Positions 52,261-64,000 of a stretch of DNA of 64,000 bases are shown here, one piece after another; position 1 is the first letter of the stretch, and each line of letters opens with the position of its first letter. The translations under genes were made by a program, and so were the position numbers. The DNA is taken from positions 27,344,001-27,408,000 of the forward strand of contig CM052816.1 in assembly GCA_028534125.1 (NCBI GenBank). Direction: 5' to 3'. The notes below the pieces were generated by a model that searched no databases, was not told where the DNA came from, and saw only the letters and a program-made list of their open reading frames with translations. The DNA comes from Lama glama. Lineage: Eukaryota.

Positions 52261-52884
52261 CAAAATTAAATTAATGGATAGCAATACACAAATGGTATAT
52301 TACCCATGTTGTCAAGATCCATACATGATGGTATAAAGAAAAAAGGCCCCATGGTCTCAGCATCCAATCCTAGGCTTCAATTTTTAGATTGTAGTTTATA
52401 ATTATTTTCTTTGCTTGGAAATGAGATTTTCACTTGGCATTATAGAATCACTCCAATCAACAATCTACCTTAACTATCTTGATGTTAACAAATATGTTAT
52501 CATCAGAGAATGAAACTCATGAATGAGCCTGTGAACTGATGAGAGAAGAAACACTACTGAAAGTCATAATTTGCACATTGAGAACGGCCACTTTGTTAAC
52601 ATGCCATGGGTAGAATCTGAGATTCTATTCACAAGCAGGATATTTTTGATTTTCCATAGACCACCTTGTTCCATATAAGATCTGAGGAGGCAATATCCCA
52701 TATGGGGCTTCAGGTTTACAACACAGACCATTAGTATTAGGAAGTAGTAGTTGATAGTCCATAAAATAGATGAATAATTCCTCTTTGTGTCTCCATAAAA
52801 TTATAATTTGATTCCTATATCTTTTCTGGTATTGATAAAAATTTATTAAGTAACTGGAAAAGATTCAAACTGATTTTTTAAGTT

Positions 52885-55365
52885 AAACTTTTAACTGGAG
52901 GTAATTAGAAATTTACATGAAGTTTTAAGAAATAATTCAGAGATCCATGTATTCTTTACCCAGTTTCCCTCAATGGTAACATCTTGCAAAACCTCAGGAC
53001 AGTATCTCAACCAGCATATTGATATTACTACAGGCAAAGTTCCCTCTTGTTGCCCTTTTATAGCCACACCCACCTACTCTCACCCCTGCACACTGGCAAC
53101 TAGGAATCTGTTCTCCATGTCTATAATTTTATCATATTAATAATGTTATATAAATGGAATTATACAGTGTATAATCTTTTAGGATGTTTTTTTCACTCAG
53201 TGTAATTCTATTCATCCAAGTTGCTGAGTGTATCTTCTTTCTGAGTATATTCTATGGTGTGGATGGATCACAGTTTAACTGTTCACCTCTTGAAGGACAT
53301 GTGGGTTGTTTCCAGGTTTTGACTATTATGAATAAAATGTCCATGACATGTTTTTGTGTGAACCCAAATATTCATTTTTTGGGGATTGCCCAAGTGCAAT
53401 TTCTGGGTCACATGCTAGTTGCATGTTTAGGTTTAGAAGAAACTGCCAAATTACTTTCCAGAGTACTAAAACCATTTTCCATTCTCAGCAGCAATGTATA
53501 AGTAATTTAGTTTCTCTTCATCTTTGCCAGCACTTGGTGTTGCTATTTTTAACTTTAGTGGTTCTCATAGGTATGTAGTGATATCTTACTGTGGCTATGA
53601 TTTGCATTTCCCTCATGGCTGGTACATTTTCACATACTTATTTGTCATCATCATACCCTTTTTGGTGAAATACTTGTTTATGTCTTTTACCCATTTTCTA
53701 ACTGGATTATTTGTCTACTGTTGAGCTTTCAGTGTTTGCAATATATTCTAGATACTAATTGTCAGATAGGTAGATGGTTCAGAAATATTTTTCCCAGTCT
53801 ATGGCTTATTTTTCATCTTTTAACAGACTTTCACTGAGTAAAATTTTAAAATTTTGATGAGATCCAGTTTATTAATTTCACCTGTTACAGACTGTGACTT
53901 TGGTATCAAATCGAAGAACACTTACTTAGTAACATCTGTTACCACATTTTCTGTTACAACTCCGTTACCAAAGATTTTCTCTTACGTTTTCCCTAAAAGC
54001 TTTACAGTTTCATGTTTTGCATTTAAGTCTGTGACACATTTTGAGTTAATTTTTGTATATGGTATGAGATTTAAGTTGAGATTCATTTTATTTTCCTGTG
54101 TGGTGTTCCAGCACCATATGTTAAGAAAGCTAACCTTCTTCCACTGAATTCCTTTTGCACTTTGGTTAAGTGTCAGTTGAGCATATTTTGTGGGGATAGA
54201 TTGCTCGGTTCTCTGTATTGTTCCATTGAGCCTTATGTCTACCTTTGCACCAATACCACAGTGTCTTGATTACTGTATCTACATAGAAGGCCCGAGTATT
54301 GGGTACAGTTATTCCTTCTGCCTTATTCCTTTTTCAAGATTATTCGGTCTGCCTTCCTTCCTTCCTCCCTTCCTTCCTTCATTCTCATTGAAGCAGCTGG
54401 AACTTCCAGTACTGTGCTAAGAATGGTGAGGACATCCTTGCCTTAAGTCTTTCACCATTAAATATGATATTCCCTCTAGGTGTTTTGTGGATGCATTTTA
54501 TCAAGTAGAAGATGTTTCCTCTCTATTCCTGGTGTGCTGAGGGTTTTGATTATGATTGGGTGTTGGATTTTGTCCAGTGCTTTTTCTGCATCAATTGGTA
54601 TGATCATATGATCTTTCTTCTTTAGCCTGTTGATAAGGTGGATTACACTGATTGATTTTCAAATGTTGAACCAGCCTTGCATACCTGGAATAAATCCCAC
54701 TTGGTCATAGTATATAATTATTTTTGTACATTGCTGGGTTTGATTTACTATCATTTTGTGGAGGATTTCTGCATCTAAGTTCATGAGAGATATTGGCCTG
54801 TAGTTTTTTTTTTCTGTATTATCTTTGATTTTTGACAAATCATAGTAGTATGAGCCTCATAAAATTATCTGGGAAATGTTCCCTTATCTTCTATTTTCTG
54901 GAAGAGATTGTGTAAAATTGGTGTTAATTACTTAAATGTTTGGTAGAATTCTCCAGTGAAACCATCTGTGCTTAGCAATTTCTTTTTCAGGAGCTTTTAA
55001 ATTACTAATTTGATTTAGTGTTTGGAGGATAATTCAGGTTGCCTATTTCATCTTGGCTGGGTTTTAGAGCTTGTGTTTTCAAGTCCATTTCTTCTGAGTT
55101 GTCAGATTTATGAGCATAAAGTTGTCTGTAGTATTTCTTTATATTTTGATGTCTGCAGGATCTGTATTGATAGCCTCTGTTTTACTCCTGATATTGGTGA
55201 TTTGTGTCTTCCCTCTCTTTTTACTTTTGTCAGCCTTGTTAGAGATTTATCAATTTGATTGATCTTTTTCAAAGAACCAGCTTTTTGTTCCACTGATTTT
55301 CTCTATTGTTTTCCTGTTTTCATTTTATTGATTAATACTCTTATTTTTATCATTTCCTTCCTTTT
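52885..55365 (-). mobile_element. L1 (L1MC/L1MD-type): 3'UTR plus decayed ORF2 with internal deletions
   Basis: 3' end agagatccatgtattctttacccagtttccctcaatggtaacatcttgcaaaac; ORF2-type text ttgaaccagccttgcatacctggaataaatcccacttggtcat and gatctttttcaaagaaccagctttt; translated remnant KINQIDKSLTRLTKVKRE. Confidence 0.92.
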
Positions 55366-56579
55366 GCTGGGTGGTGTCAAAAGTTTATTTTTCTACATAT
55401 ACATATTTTTAAAGATAATGATTTCTGAATTGACATGAGAGCCAATCCATAGTATAATTTTTTTTCTTTTTTTTAAATAGTATGATTTTAGCCATGTTAA
55501 ATACTGAATAATCTTTAAATTAGTAAGTGTTTAGTACCTAAATGTTCATGATAACGAAAGTTTAGATAGAAAACAGAAAGATCCATTAATTGGCACGTAA
55601 TAAATTCAAGTCCTCCTTAAGTTTCTATTTGAAAAGATTCTGGGTATTTATGAGTATTCTCTCTCAATCTAAAAAAGTATATTTGAGGCAAATTTGCAAC
55701 ATAACTCTAAATCACTGTACATAGATATGTTGAGAGCTAAGAAAGTTTTATAAAATATCTTTCTTCCAAGGAAGAACAAGGGAACTGCAGAGTAGAAAAT
55801 AAACTGGAGAGAAATGAATTACCCACACAGGAAAGAAGGGATATTTTAGCTGAAATATAGCTGGAAAATTTAGGTAGAGGTCTTACACGAGAGAGGGGAA
55901 AAGGCAGAAATGTCTGAGTCAGAGAAAGATCGCTCCCTAAAGAGACGTGAGCTGCCAAAAGAGCAGGGGTTTGCAACAGAGCTAAGTTGAGAATAAATGC
56001 AGAGAGAAAAGACGCCTTTCTTTAAAGAAACAGGTATATATTTTAAAAGAAGTAAAGGGCCAGATAAGAAGAAAAAATACTAATTAACTAACTTTTAGGA
56101 GCTTCTGAATTTAGCTCACAGTCCCTGCCCTTCAAAAGCTTGTAGTCTAACCAACTGATTCTGTTTTATTGGATTGCTGTAAAGAATAGTACACTTAAAA
56201 TAGATGCTCATCTGTTAGCTCACATTTTAATTGCTTAAGATAGATAGTATTTTTAAAATGACAACTTTTAAATGTATATGACTCTCCAAAGATTAGCCAG
56301 TGTGTGTCTGCCTTAACAATGAGTCCTTTTGAGCTAACAGTATGTTGGGTTTCCTACAGACTACAGAGCTGATGAGAAGCTAGGTGCTCATTGTTTGTCT
56401 GCTTGAGTACAAGAACAACCAATTCTTTTTCATCTGTAAAGTTATCTCTGGACAGTACTTTCTCCCAAGTCTCTGAAGATGCCCTCTCTCTAGTTTGCAT
56501 TCTCTCCCTCTTTGTCTCCCTACATGTAAACCTCCAATAATGCTTTGTGCTCAGGCTTTGCTCTTCTTGTCTTAAGTAG

Positions 56580-56905
56580 TATGACATCTCAGTCTGGAAA
56601 TGTCAGTCCCCACTACCCCAATCACTGCCCCTACATCAAAGTCTGTCAGACTCCCATGTGTACTTTGAAATCCAGCTCAGAAGTCACCTCCTCTGACGAG
56701 TCATCCCTAAATCCCCTTTCCCTCCAGTACTCTTCCCGTCCTGTATATTGCTGTGCTAACACCTACCACAGTGCATTCTGTGCTGCATTTTACACAAGCC
56801 TTCCTAACTAGGCTTGAGGACAGAGGTTGGGTCTATGACTATCCTGTTCCAAGTTCCAAGCTCAGGGACAGTTCTTAATAGTAAATGCTGTCGAATGAAT
56901 GGTTA
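56580..56905 (+). mobile_element. L2 3' end
   Basis: cagctcagaagtcacctcctctgacgagtcatcccta...gtaaatgctgtcgaatgaatg. Confidence 0.7.
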
Positions 56906-57156
56906 CATATACAAGTTAGCAATGGCCATTAAATAACTGTCCATTAAGACAGCTTTAACACCAACACAAAAATGTTCAGCATATTTAGAGTATGCTTCCT
57001 CTTCTGAAGTAATAAAATAGTTTAGAAGACATTTTTAATAATTTGTGTACTTCCTTGACATAGAATCATTGCTAACCATTTTGTAAAGGTTAACGTTATG
57101 AAAGAATAAAAACCTAAGCAAGAAATGATGCCTTTTGCCTTAAAAAATTCTGATTT

Positions 57157-58680
57157 ATCAAGAGAATGAGAAAGCAAGCCATAGACTGGGAGAAAACATT
57201 TACAAAAGACATCTACTAAAAAGGACTGTTACTCAAAATATAGAAAAACTCTTAAAACTCAAACATTTTTAAAAAGCAGTCAATTTAAAAATGGGCAAAA
57301 GACCTTAAACAGACATCTCACCAAAGAAGATATATAGATGGCAAATAAGCATATGAAGAGATGCTCAAAATCATATATCATTACAAAATTACAAATTAAA
57401 ATAACAATGAGACACTACTACATACCTGTTAGAATGGTCAAAATATGGCACACTAACAACACCAAATGCTAGTGAGGATGTGGAGCAACAGGAACTCTCA
57501 TTTATTACTGGTACAAATGCAAAAATGGTACAGCCACTTTGGAAGACAGTTTGGTGGTTTCTTACAAAACTAAGCATGCATTTACCAAATAATCCAGTAA
57601 TCATGCTCCTTGGTACTCACTGAAAGAAGCTGAAGACTTATGTCCACACAAAAACCTGCATATGGATATTCATTAGCAGCTTTATTCATAATTGACAAGA
57701 TTTAGAAGCATCCAAGATGTCCTTCAGTACTTGGAAGTATCCATTTTTTGTAACACCAGTAAGGCATGAATAATTTATTTTAGAGGCAATGGAGAGCCAG
57801 GTATTGTTTAATTATGATGGTGAGGTGTTTGTGTATATTTGAAAAAGAAAACATTGAATTAAACTGTGTAGATACACTTGAAAAAGATAATACTGATTTT
57901 AAATAAACTATTGGAATGGCATATACTAAAGGATAAGTAGAGATTTGGAAATACACTTTTTTTATCAGACCAGAAAACTGATAAAATGTAAATTTGGACA
58001 AACTAAAAATGGAAACCTTGGGTGGATGTTAGATGTAGTAGTAACAATAAAATCTAAAATCTATAGACATATTCTAGCATTGGTTCAAAGTCAGAAGTGT
58101 CAAAGGATCATGATTCCTTCAAATCTAAGCTCCTATATTCCAGAACACTCATTAAGCAGATAAAGTCATGCTTTCCAAAGTGATATACCCAAACAATGGA
58201 ATATTATTCAGCATTATACAGCAATGACCTGTCAAGCCATGAAAAGACGTACAGGAACCTAAGTGAAAGAAGTCAACCCGAAAAGTCCACGTTCTATATG
58301 ATTCCCAACCACATGACATTCTAGAAAAGGCAAAACAATCAAAACAGTAAAAAGATCAGTTGTTGCCAGGGGTTAGAGCACAGAGGATTTTTAAGGCAGT
58401 GAAAGTATTCTGTATGATACTGTAATAGTGGATAAAAGCCATTATACATTTGTCAAAACTCACAGAACTTACAACTGTGAACCTTAATGTAAATTACGGA
58501 CTTTCAGTGACAATGACGCATTAATGCAGGTTCATCAGTTGTAACAAGAGTATCACTCTAGTGGGGGATGTTGTGCAGGGGGCAGTGAGGGGGAAGGGGA
58601 GAGGGGAGTATATGGGAACTGTTTGTACTCTCTGCCCAGTTTTGCTGGGAACCTAAAACCGCTCTAAAATAAAGTTTATC
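57157..58680 (+). mobile_element. L1 (L1MC/L1MD-type): ORF2 end plus 3'UTR, interrupted at ~57730-58160
   Basis: caagccatagactgggagaaaacatttacaaaagac; agacatctcaccaaagaagatatatagatggcaaataagcatatg; end ttttgctgggaacctaaaaccgctctaaaataaagttt. Confidence 0.92.
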
Positions 58681-58769
58681 AGGAAAAACAGAATAACTGG
58701 TTTCCATTTTTTGAGTATAAGTCATTAACATAAAGAAGACAGCACTACTGCCTAACACAGTGCAGGACC

Positions 58770-58930
58770 TTGCTACTTGAAGACTACCTGTGGATCAGCT
58801 GCAGGGACAGTACCTGAGAGCTTGTTACAGATGTAGAAGCCAGGTCTCATCCCAGACCTCCTGACCCACAGTCCATGTTTTAACAAGCTCCCCAGGTCAT
58901 TCGTACACACATGAGAGTTTGAGAAGACCA
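58770..58930. mobile_element. MER5A-type hAT MITE
   Basis: cctgagagcttgttacagatgtag...catcccagacctcctga...ttttaacaagctccccagg...agtttgagaag. Confidence 0.75.
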
Positions 58931-59066
58931 AGAGCAAAAGAACAAAAGCAGGAGCAAGAAGAACCAGGTTCTTTTCTCACCTCATCTGCTCACATGTTGC
59001 TGAGCACTGGGCAGTGTGTTGCACCTGCAGGTTTCTAGTCTGTACATCAAGACAGTTGGCCTGGGT

Positions 59067-59232
59067 CAGGGGTTCTCACATCATGGACCCTGGACCAGCA
59101 GCATCAGTATCACTTGTACTTGCTGCAAATGCAAATTCTACTGAATCAGCAACTCCGGGGGTGAGCCTACCACCTAATTTTTTAACAAGCCTTCCGGGTG
59201 TTTCTGACATGAGCGAAATTTGAGAACCACTG
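59067..59232. mobile_element. MER5A hAT MITE nested in a MIR3
   Basis: TIRs caggggttctca...tgagaaccactg; ggaccagcagcatcagtatcac; followed by the MIR3 tail ctaaggtcctcttcagtgtgaatattctatgat. Confidence 0.85.
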
Positions 59233-59305
59233 GATGGTCCCTAAGGTCCTCTTCAGTGTGAATATTCTATGATCATCTGAAAAAAAGCTAAGCGTCACAA
59301 GACTG

Positions 59306-59353
<48 letters not shown>

Positions 59354-59380
59354 CACACACACACGTATATATACACATAT
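59306..59380. repeat. (TA)n/(CA)n compound microsatellite
   Basis: Read directly. Confidence 0.95.
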
Positions 59381-62300
59381 AAAACTTGAAACTAAATACT
59401 TACGTACTTTAAACAATTTACTAGCATTCTCTTTATTTTCAGATAGTGTCTTTACTCATTTAAAAATATTTCTTATATTGCTAGAAATTTCAATTGAATT
59501 TTTCAAGTAGCAAAAGCAGAGTCCTTAGATTCATACAAAGGGAACAACTGATTTGAAAATATCCTTCAGACAAAGAAACTGAGCTTGCTGCCCATCAAGA
59601 GATGAAGATTTTAATCTGACATAATGGCTTTTTTTTCTTTTTGTAATTAGCAAACCACATATTTTTAGTGCCAGGATGGCTGGCTAGGGTCATTCTCATT
59701 AGCATAATTCCCATCGAATGCTAAGTACATTTCTTTCATCCAATAAGGAAGTCTGGGGGAAAAAAAAACCAGATAATGTAAACTTTAATTTGGGTTAATC
59801 ACAGAGAAAAGAATGCCATGATGGCTTACTAAATTGTGAATCATAAAAAAGCTAATAGGATTCAGTAAGGAAACACAAAAGCAGTAACTTGTCTGATTAG
59901 AGCAGGATGAGAGAATTTGACTTCATCTGAAATTCTGTCAAGAACAACACAGACAAGCCCTATTTTTAACTCCTACTTTTATCATAAAAGAATTCATAGT
60001 GTAAGCATCAAACAGTTATTTTGAAAGAAAGAAAAAGTAGGTACATAATCCAATAGTTCAGTTTTCATTATCAGACAGTTAATAGTATGGCTGGTGGAGA
60101 GTGATCTACATTCTGAGGTTGTGGATGCCTGGGACCATGTTTGCCTTCACTCCCTGTGAGCAGAGCATCCACCAACAGAGCTCCAAGGGGCCTTCTTTCC
60201 TCAGTCTGTCTGTGATCTACTTCCTGCGTTAAACCTGTCCTGGGAAGATGACGCATTTGCATACTTTAGGCTTAGTTTACCTTAACCGTTTCATTTCCAA
60301 TATGCAGGCCTTGGTAACCTATCACAGGGACATCAGTTGCTGGCTCTGACATCTTTAGTCTAAGCATAAATCAATCAGAGGCCTTAAAAAAGAGGAAACT
60401 CTGAAAAAGGGAAGGTCCTTGACCCTCTAGCCTAAACCTGTTACTGATGGCAATACATTGGGAGGATTTTGATTTTCTATAAGGCGTTCACCTCCCTAAT
60501 CACTCTAGCTTTCCAAAAGACATTATGCGTTTGGGTCACAAAGGGTCAGGTTGGGCCAAGCCTGAGATGTGTCGTGGGGCAAAGGATGTGACACCCAAGG
60601 AGAGCTGCTGAAATAGGCTTTGTGGAGAACATGCTCAGAGAGGCATCCATCCCCAAAGAATTCATCCCTCCAAATCCCCAAAAAACACCCCAAGTAAACG
60701 CAAGAGGCAGGGGAAATAGAGAGAAGGGAAGATAGGATGAAAGAAGGGTCCAGGGAGAGGACATAGGGAAGATGGAGGAAGAAGTAGAGAAGAGGGAGAA
60801 AACAAAAAGGAGAGATGAGGAAAGAGTCCCAGAGAATGAGAGGTCGGACCTGGGGGTCTGAGGAAGAGTCCCAGGGGGAGAGGAAACAGAGATGGGGAAA
60901 CGGTAAAAGGGAGAGGGGTGAGGTGGGGTGTGTGTATCTTGAGAGGGTCGTCATGGGTGTGGACCTGGAGACTGTCTAATGAGGTCATGACAATTGCATG
61001 TTGACAACCTATAGAAGCTTCTCCCCAGCACATGTCTGGCAAATGCATCACTGAAATGGATGAAATTAGCTGAGAGCCAGGGCTATTCTCCTGAGACACA
61101 TTGTTTTCCTAGAGTAGGAAAAGCCACAGGGTGAAAAATCTCTGCTGCAGTCATTGGAAACCAGTAAGTACCGTCCGAGGGAGGATTCTGCTACAGGATC
61201 GTCACATCCCTAGTAGCCTAGAAAAATCCCTGTTACTCTTCTTATAATGGAGTTCTGGTCACTGCGGGAGGTACTGATGCACATCAAGGGCTTTCCCTCG
61301 GCTAGGACTTACACCAGTCCCCCGTTGTGACATGATGACAACTGTCACAGCCTCACTCACAGCTCTCTGTTTTCTGTATGATAAATGTAAATGTATTTTT
61401 CTAGTATTTATTTTTAGAGCATAGGCCTAGTGGGAAATTTTGGGAAAGAAGTCCAAATATTTCCTTAGTTTTACCTATTGTGTAATAAAATAAAATTTAT
61501 TTCTGTTCAATTTGACCATAAAATGTATATTATATATTTATTAATCTCTTTGTTATGTTTGGACTATATGTAAGTTTACTAAAGACACTGGGGTTTGTCA
61601 TTCGTATATTTTACGATGTCTGATTTGTTTTCCCAGCTATTTCATACCTGTTCACCCAAGAGAAAGTCTCTTATTGCAATGTGTTGAATATTACTTCATA
61701 AATAAAAATATGCCTTATTACATGTTTTACTGTTTACCAACTCTAAGTTAATATCACTGATTACTTTTTTAATAATTCTAATATCCCCTATGTTTTCATT
61801 TATTTTCAGACTGTTCTCCTGGAATGCTAGAAAAGAAATGACTCCCAATAAAACACAAGTTAAATAAATCTTCCAAACGCCTTTGTTTGATTTTTGTTAG
61901 AAGGAACTGCTACATAGGCTATTTGGAATGTGTTCAACACAAGTGTGAATCATCGATATATAATCTTTGAGACTATGTTGAAAAGAAGGCTTTGCAGAGG
62001 AAAAAGTACCTTACAATCATCTTAGAGCATCTGGTTCACACCTGCAAAAGTAGAGTTTACAGTGTGGCACTGGGATAATTTTAGAATTTTAACATGAACT
62101 GTCTTTGGATCCTACATTTCCTTATTTCAGACTATTTCTGCTACCAAAACGAATTTGAGGCGTTTTGTGCACAACAAATACCTGAAGGAAACACTGGGGA
62201 CGAGAACTGATTAATTACACAGTGGCGTCCTCTCAGATACGAGCCAGAGTTGGTTGCGTGTGAATGTGTAAGTCTTCGTGTTATCACGATGCTCAGACGT

Positions 62301-63294
62301 TCGGCACCTTTAGTGTCTTTGGTCTGTAGTTTTTAGCCCAAGGTCATGAATACACCTATCCTCATGATGTGTATGTAAAACCTATGCAGGCAGAGAAGTA
62401 ACTTATCAGCTGCTTTCTAAATAACGCGAACATGTTTGTGAAGGTCAGTACGGAATGACTTTTTTTCTTCTTTTGGCGCTGACACGGTTTCCGAATGTGA
62501 TTCTAATTCACTCCTTCATGCTGTCAAAGGCGGTCCGCAGGCAGGCATTCATAAGGTTCTCTTTTTCCTTTGCATTTCCCTGTTGACCCATCAGTTCTTA
62601 AGTTTTGTGCACATAATAATTCTGTAAGAATTGTCTATAAAATAGCTCATTTTTTCCTAGATGATGTCAAACAAACTTAAGTATCGAATAGTCGCATTAT
62701 CTTTATTAATGGAGCTGTTCACTTTGGTCTCACCTTTCTAAACCCCCCTACTTACGTAGGTCAGTCCACTCAGTTCCTCACGTGGGTCTGCTTGTACATA
62801 TTTCATAACTAACTTTGGACACTTTCTTCTATCCTGGTCATTTTCTTCTTAATATTTTTTGGCCCTCATTCTACCACTTGATGTCTGAGAGTAGGATAGG
62901 CGAAATTGCGAAGGAGGCCAAGACTGGGTTCAGTATTCTCTTCTCTTCCTTTATCCTCTCTCCCTTTGCAGAATAGCTCAGGGCTCTCTCTTCCCAGCTG
63001 CAGCCGTCAAAATGCATCTACTTTGTGTCATGGGCTTTGCTCTTTAATAAATGACAAGAGCGCCAGTGAATTAAGCATACAACTACCCCCATCCAGGTGA
63101 AAGTGAGGGAATGCAGTCACTTTGCAGACAGCATACGGTTTTCCCCAGCCATGTGCCTCTTTCTTACCGCTAGGACTTAATTCATGTCACCTCCTCAGAA
63201 AGCCTTTCCCTTAACCTCCCTCCTTTAGCGATTCTCTATTCCATCACTGCTTATTTGCTTCACAATATTAACATATTTTTATTCACAGTATTAA

Positions 63295-64000
63295 TCTTTA
63301 CTGAAAGGTACTTAAATCATAATTGTACAGTTTGATAGATTTCTACAGATTTCTACATAGTGAACTCCTTAAACAAGAAGTCTAACATTGCCAGCATCCC
63401 AGAGACCCATCTCATGCTCCCATTGGGTCATTGCTCCTCTTCCACTCCAAAGGTAGCCACAACCCTGACATCTGCACCATAGATTAATTTGCATGTTTTT
63501 TAACTTTATGAAGTAGAAGGTGCTTTTTCTGTCTGACTTCTTTCATGCAATGTAATATTTATGAGATTCACCCTTGCTGTTGCATACAGCTGTAGTTCAT
63601 TCATTTTCATTGCTGAATATCATTTCATTGTATAATCTTGTATCACAGTAAATTCATCCATGTTACTATTGATGGACAATTTGGGACTATTAGAAATAAT
63701 ACTATGAACATTTTGTCCATTCTTTTGATGCATATATATCCATTTCTCCTGGGGTATAGGAGTTAAACTACTACCTCATTGAATAAGAATTTTTCAGGTT
63801 TAATATATACTGCAAATACATTTTCCAAAGTAGTTGTATTAATTTACATCTGCACCACCAAAGTAAAAGAGGTCCACAACTGTATTAACTTTTGGTATTG
63901 GTGATCATTTACAAAATTTTAGCCACTTTGGGGTGAATGTGTTATATCTCATTAGGGTTTTGATTTGCATTTCCCTCATAATTAATAATGTGTAGCACAT
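63295..64000 (-). mobile_element. L1ME-type 3' region, running off the right edge
   Basis: aacattgccagcatcccagagaccc; atgagattcacccttgctgttgc; ttttccaaagtagttgtattaatttacat; gttttgatttgcatttccct. Confidence 0.85.

Noticed and set aside
53184..55293. Several 60-105 aa ORFs in the 53-55 kb region
   Set aside because: All lie within a decayed L1, mostly antisense to it; they are not host genes and the L1 has no intact ORF2.
1..64000. CRISPR arrays, operons or other prokaryote-type systems; processed pseudogenes; snRNA, snoRNA or miRNA genes
   Set aside because: The DNA is mammalian. I saw no regularly spaced repeats, no decayed mRNA copy and no recognisable structured-RNA gene by eye; an Rfam/Infernal scan and BLASTX would be needed to exclude weak cases.

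Overview
Mammalian genomic DNA, very probably camelid (camel/alpaca/llama), judged from two tRNA-derived SINEs and the L1 3' ends. I find no credible protein-coding exon; the ORF track looks like noise. The main feature is a CpG-island promoter at about 29.4-31.0 kb driving a minus-strand gene. It shows three candidate alternative non-coding first exons (donors after 30567, 30066 and 29425), a ~26 kb first intron, and a 97-nt non-coding exon at 3580-3676 carrying uORFs, with a possible internal promoter just upstream of it (~3.96-4.42 kb). This layout resembles the 5' end of SGMS1 (sphingomyelin synthase 1), but that name is a tentative inference from architecture, not a sequence match. The right half (31-64 kb) is upstream intergenic DNA. 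Both halves carry ordinary interspersed repeats: MIR, L2, L1, MLT1, LTR16, LTR33, hAT MITEs and ERV1 solo LTRs, several of them nested. I see no evidence of a new biological system. The best second-look items are the 5'UTR/uORF architecture, a possible divergent antisense transcript, and a few clean insertion events. Repeat boundaries and subfamily names were assigned by eye and are approximate.
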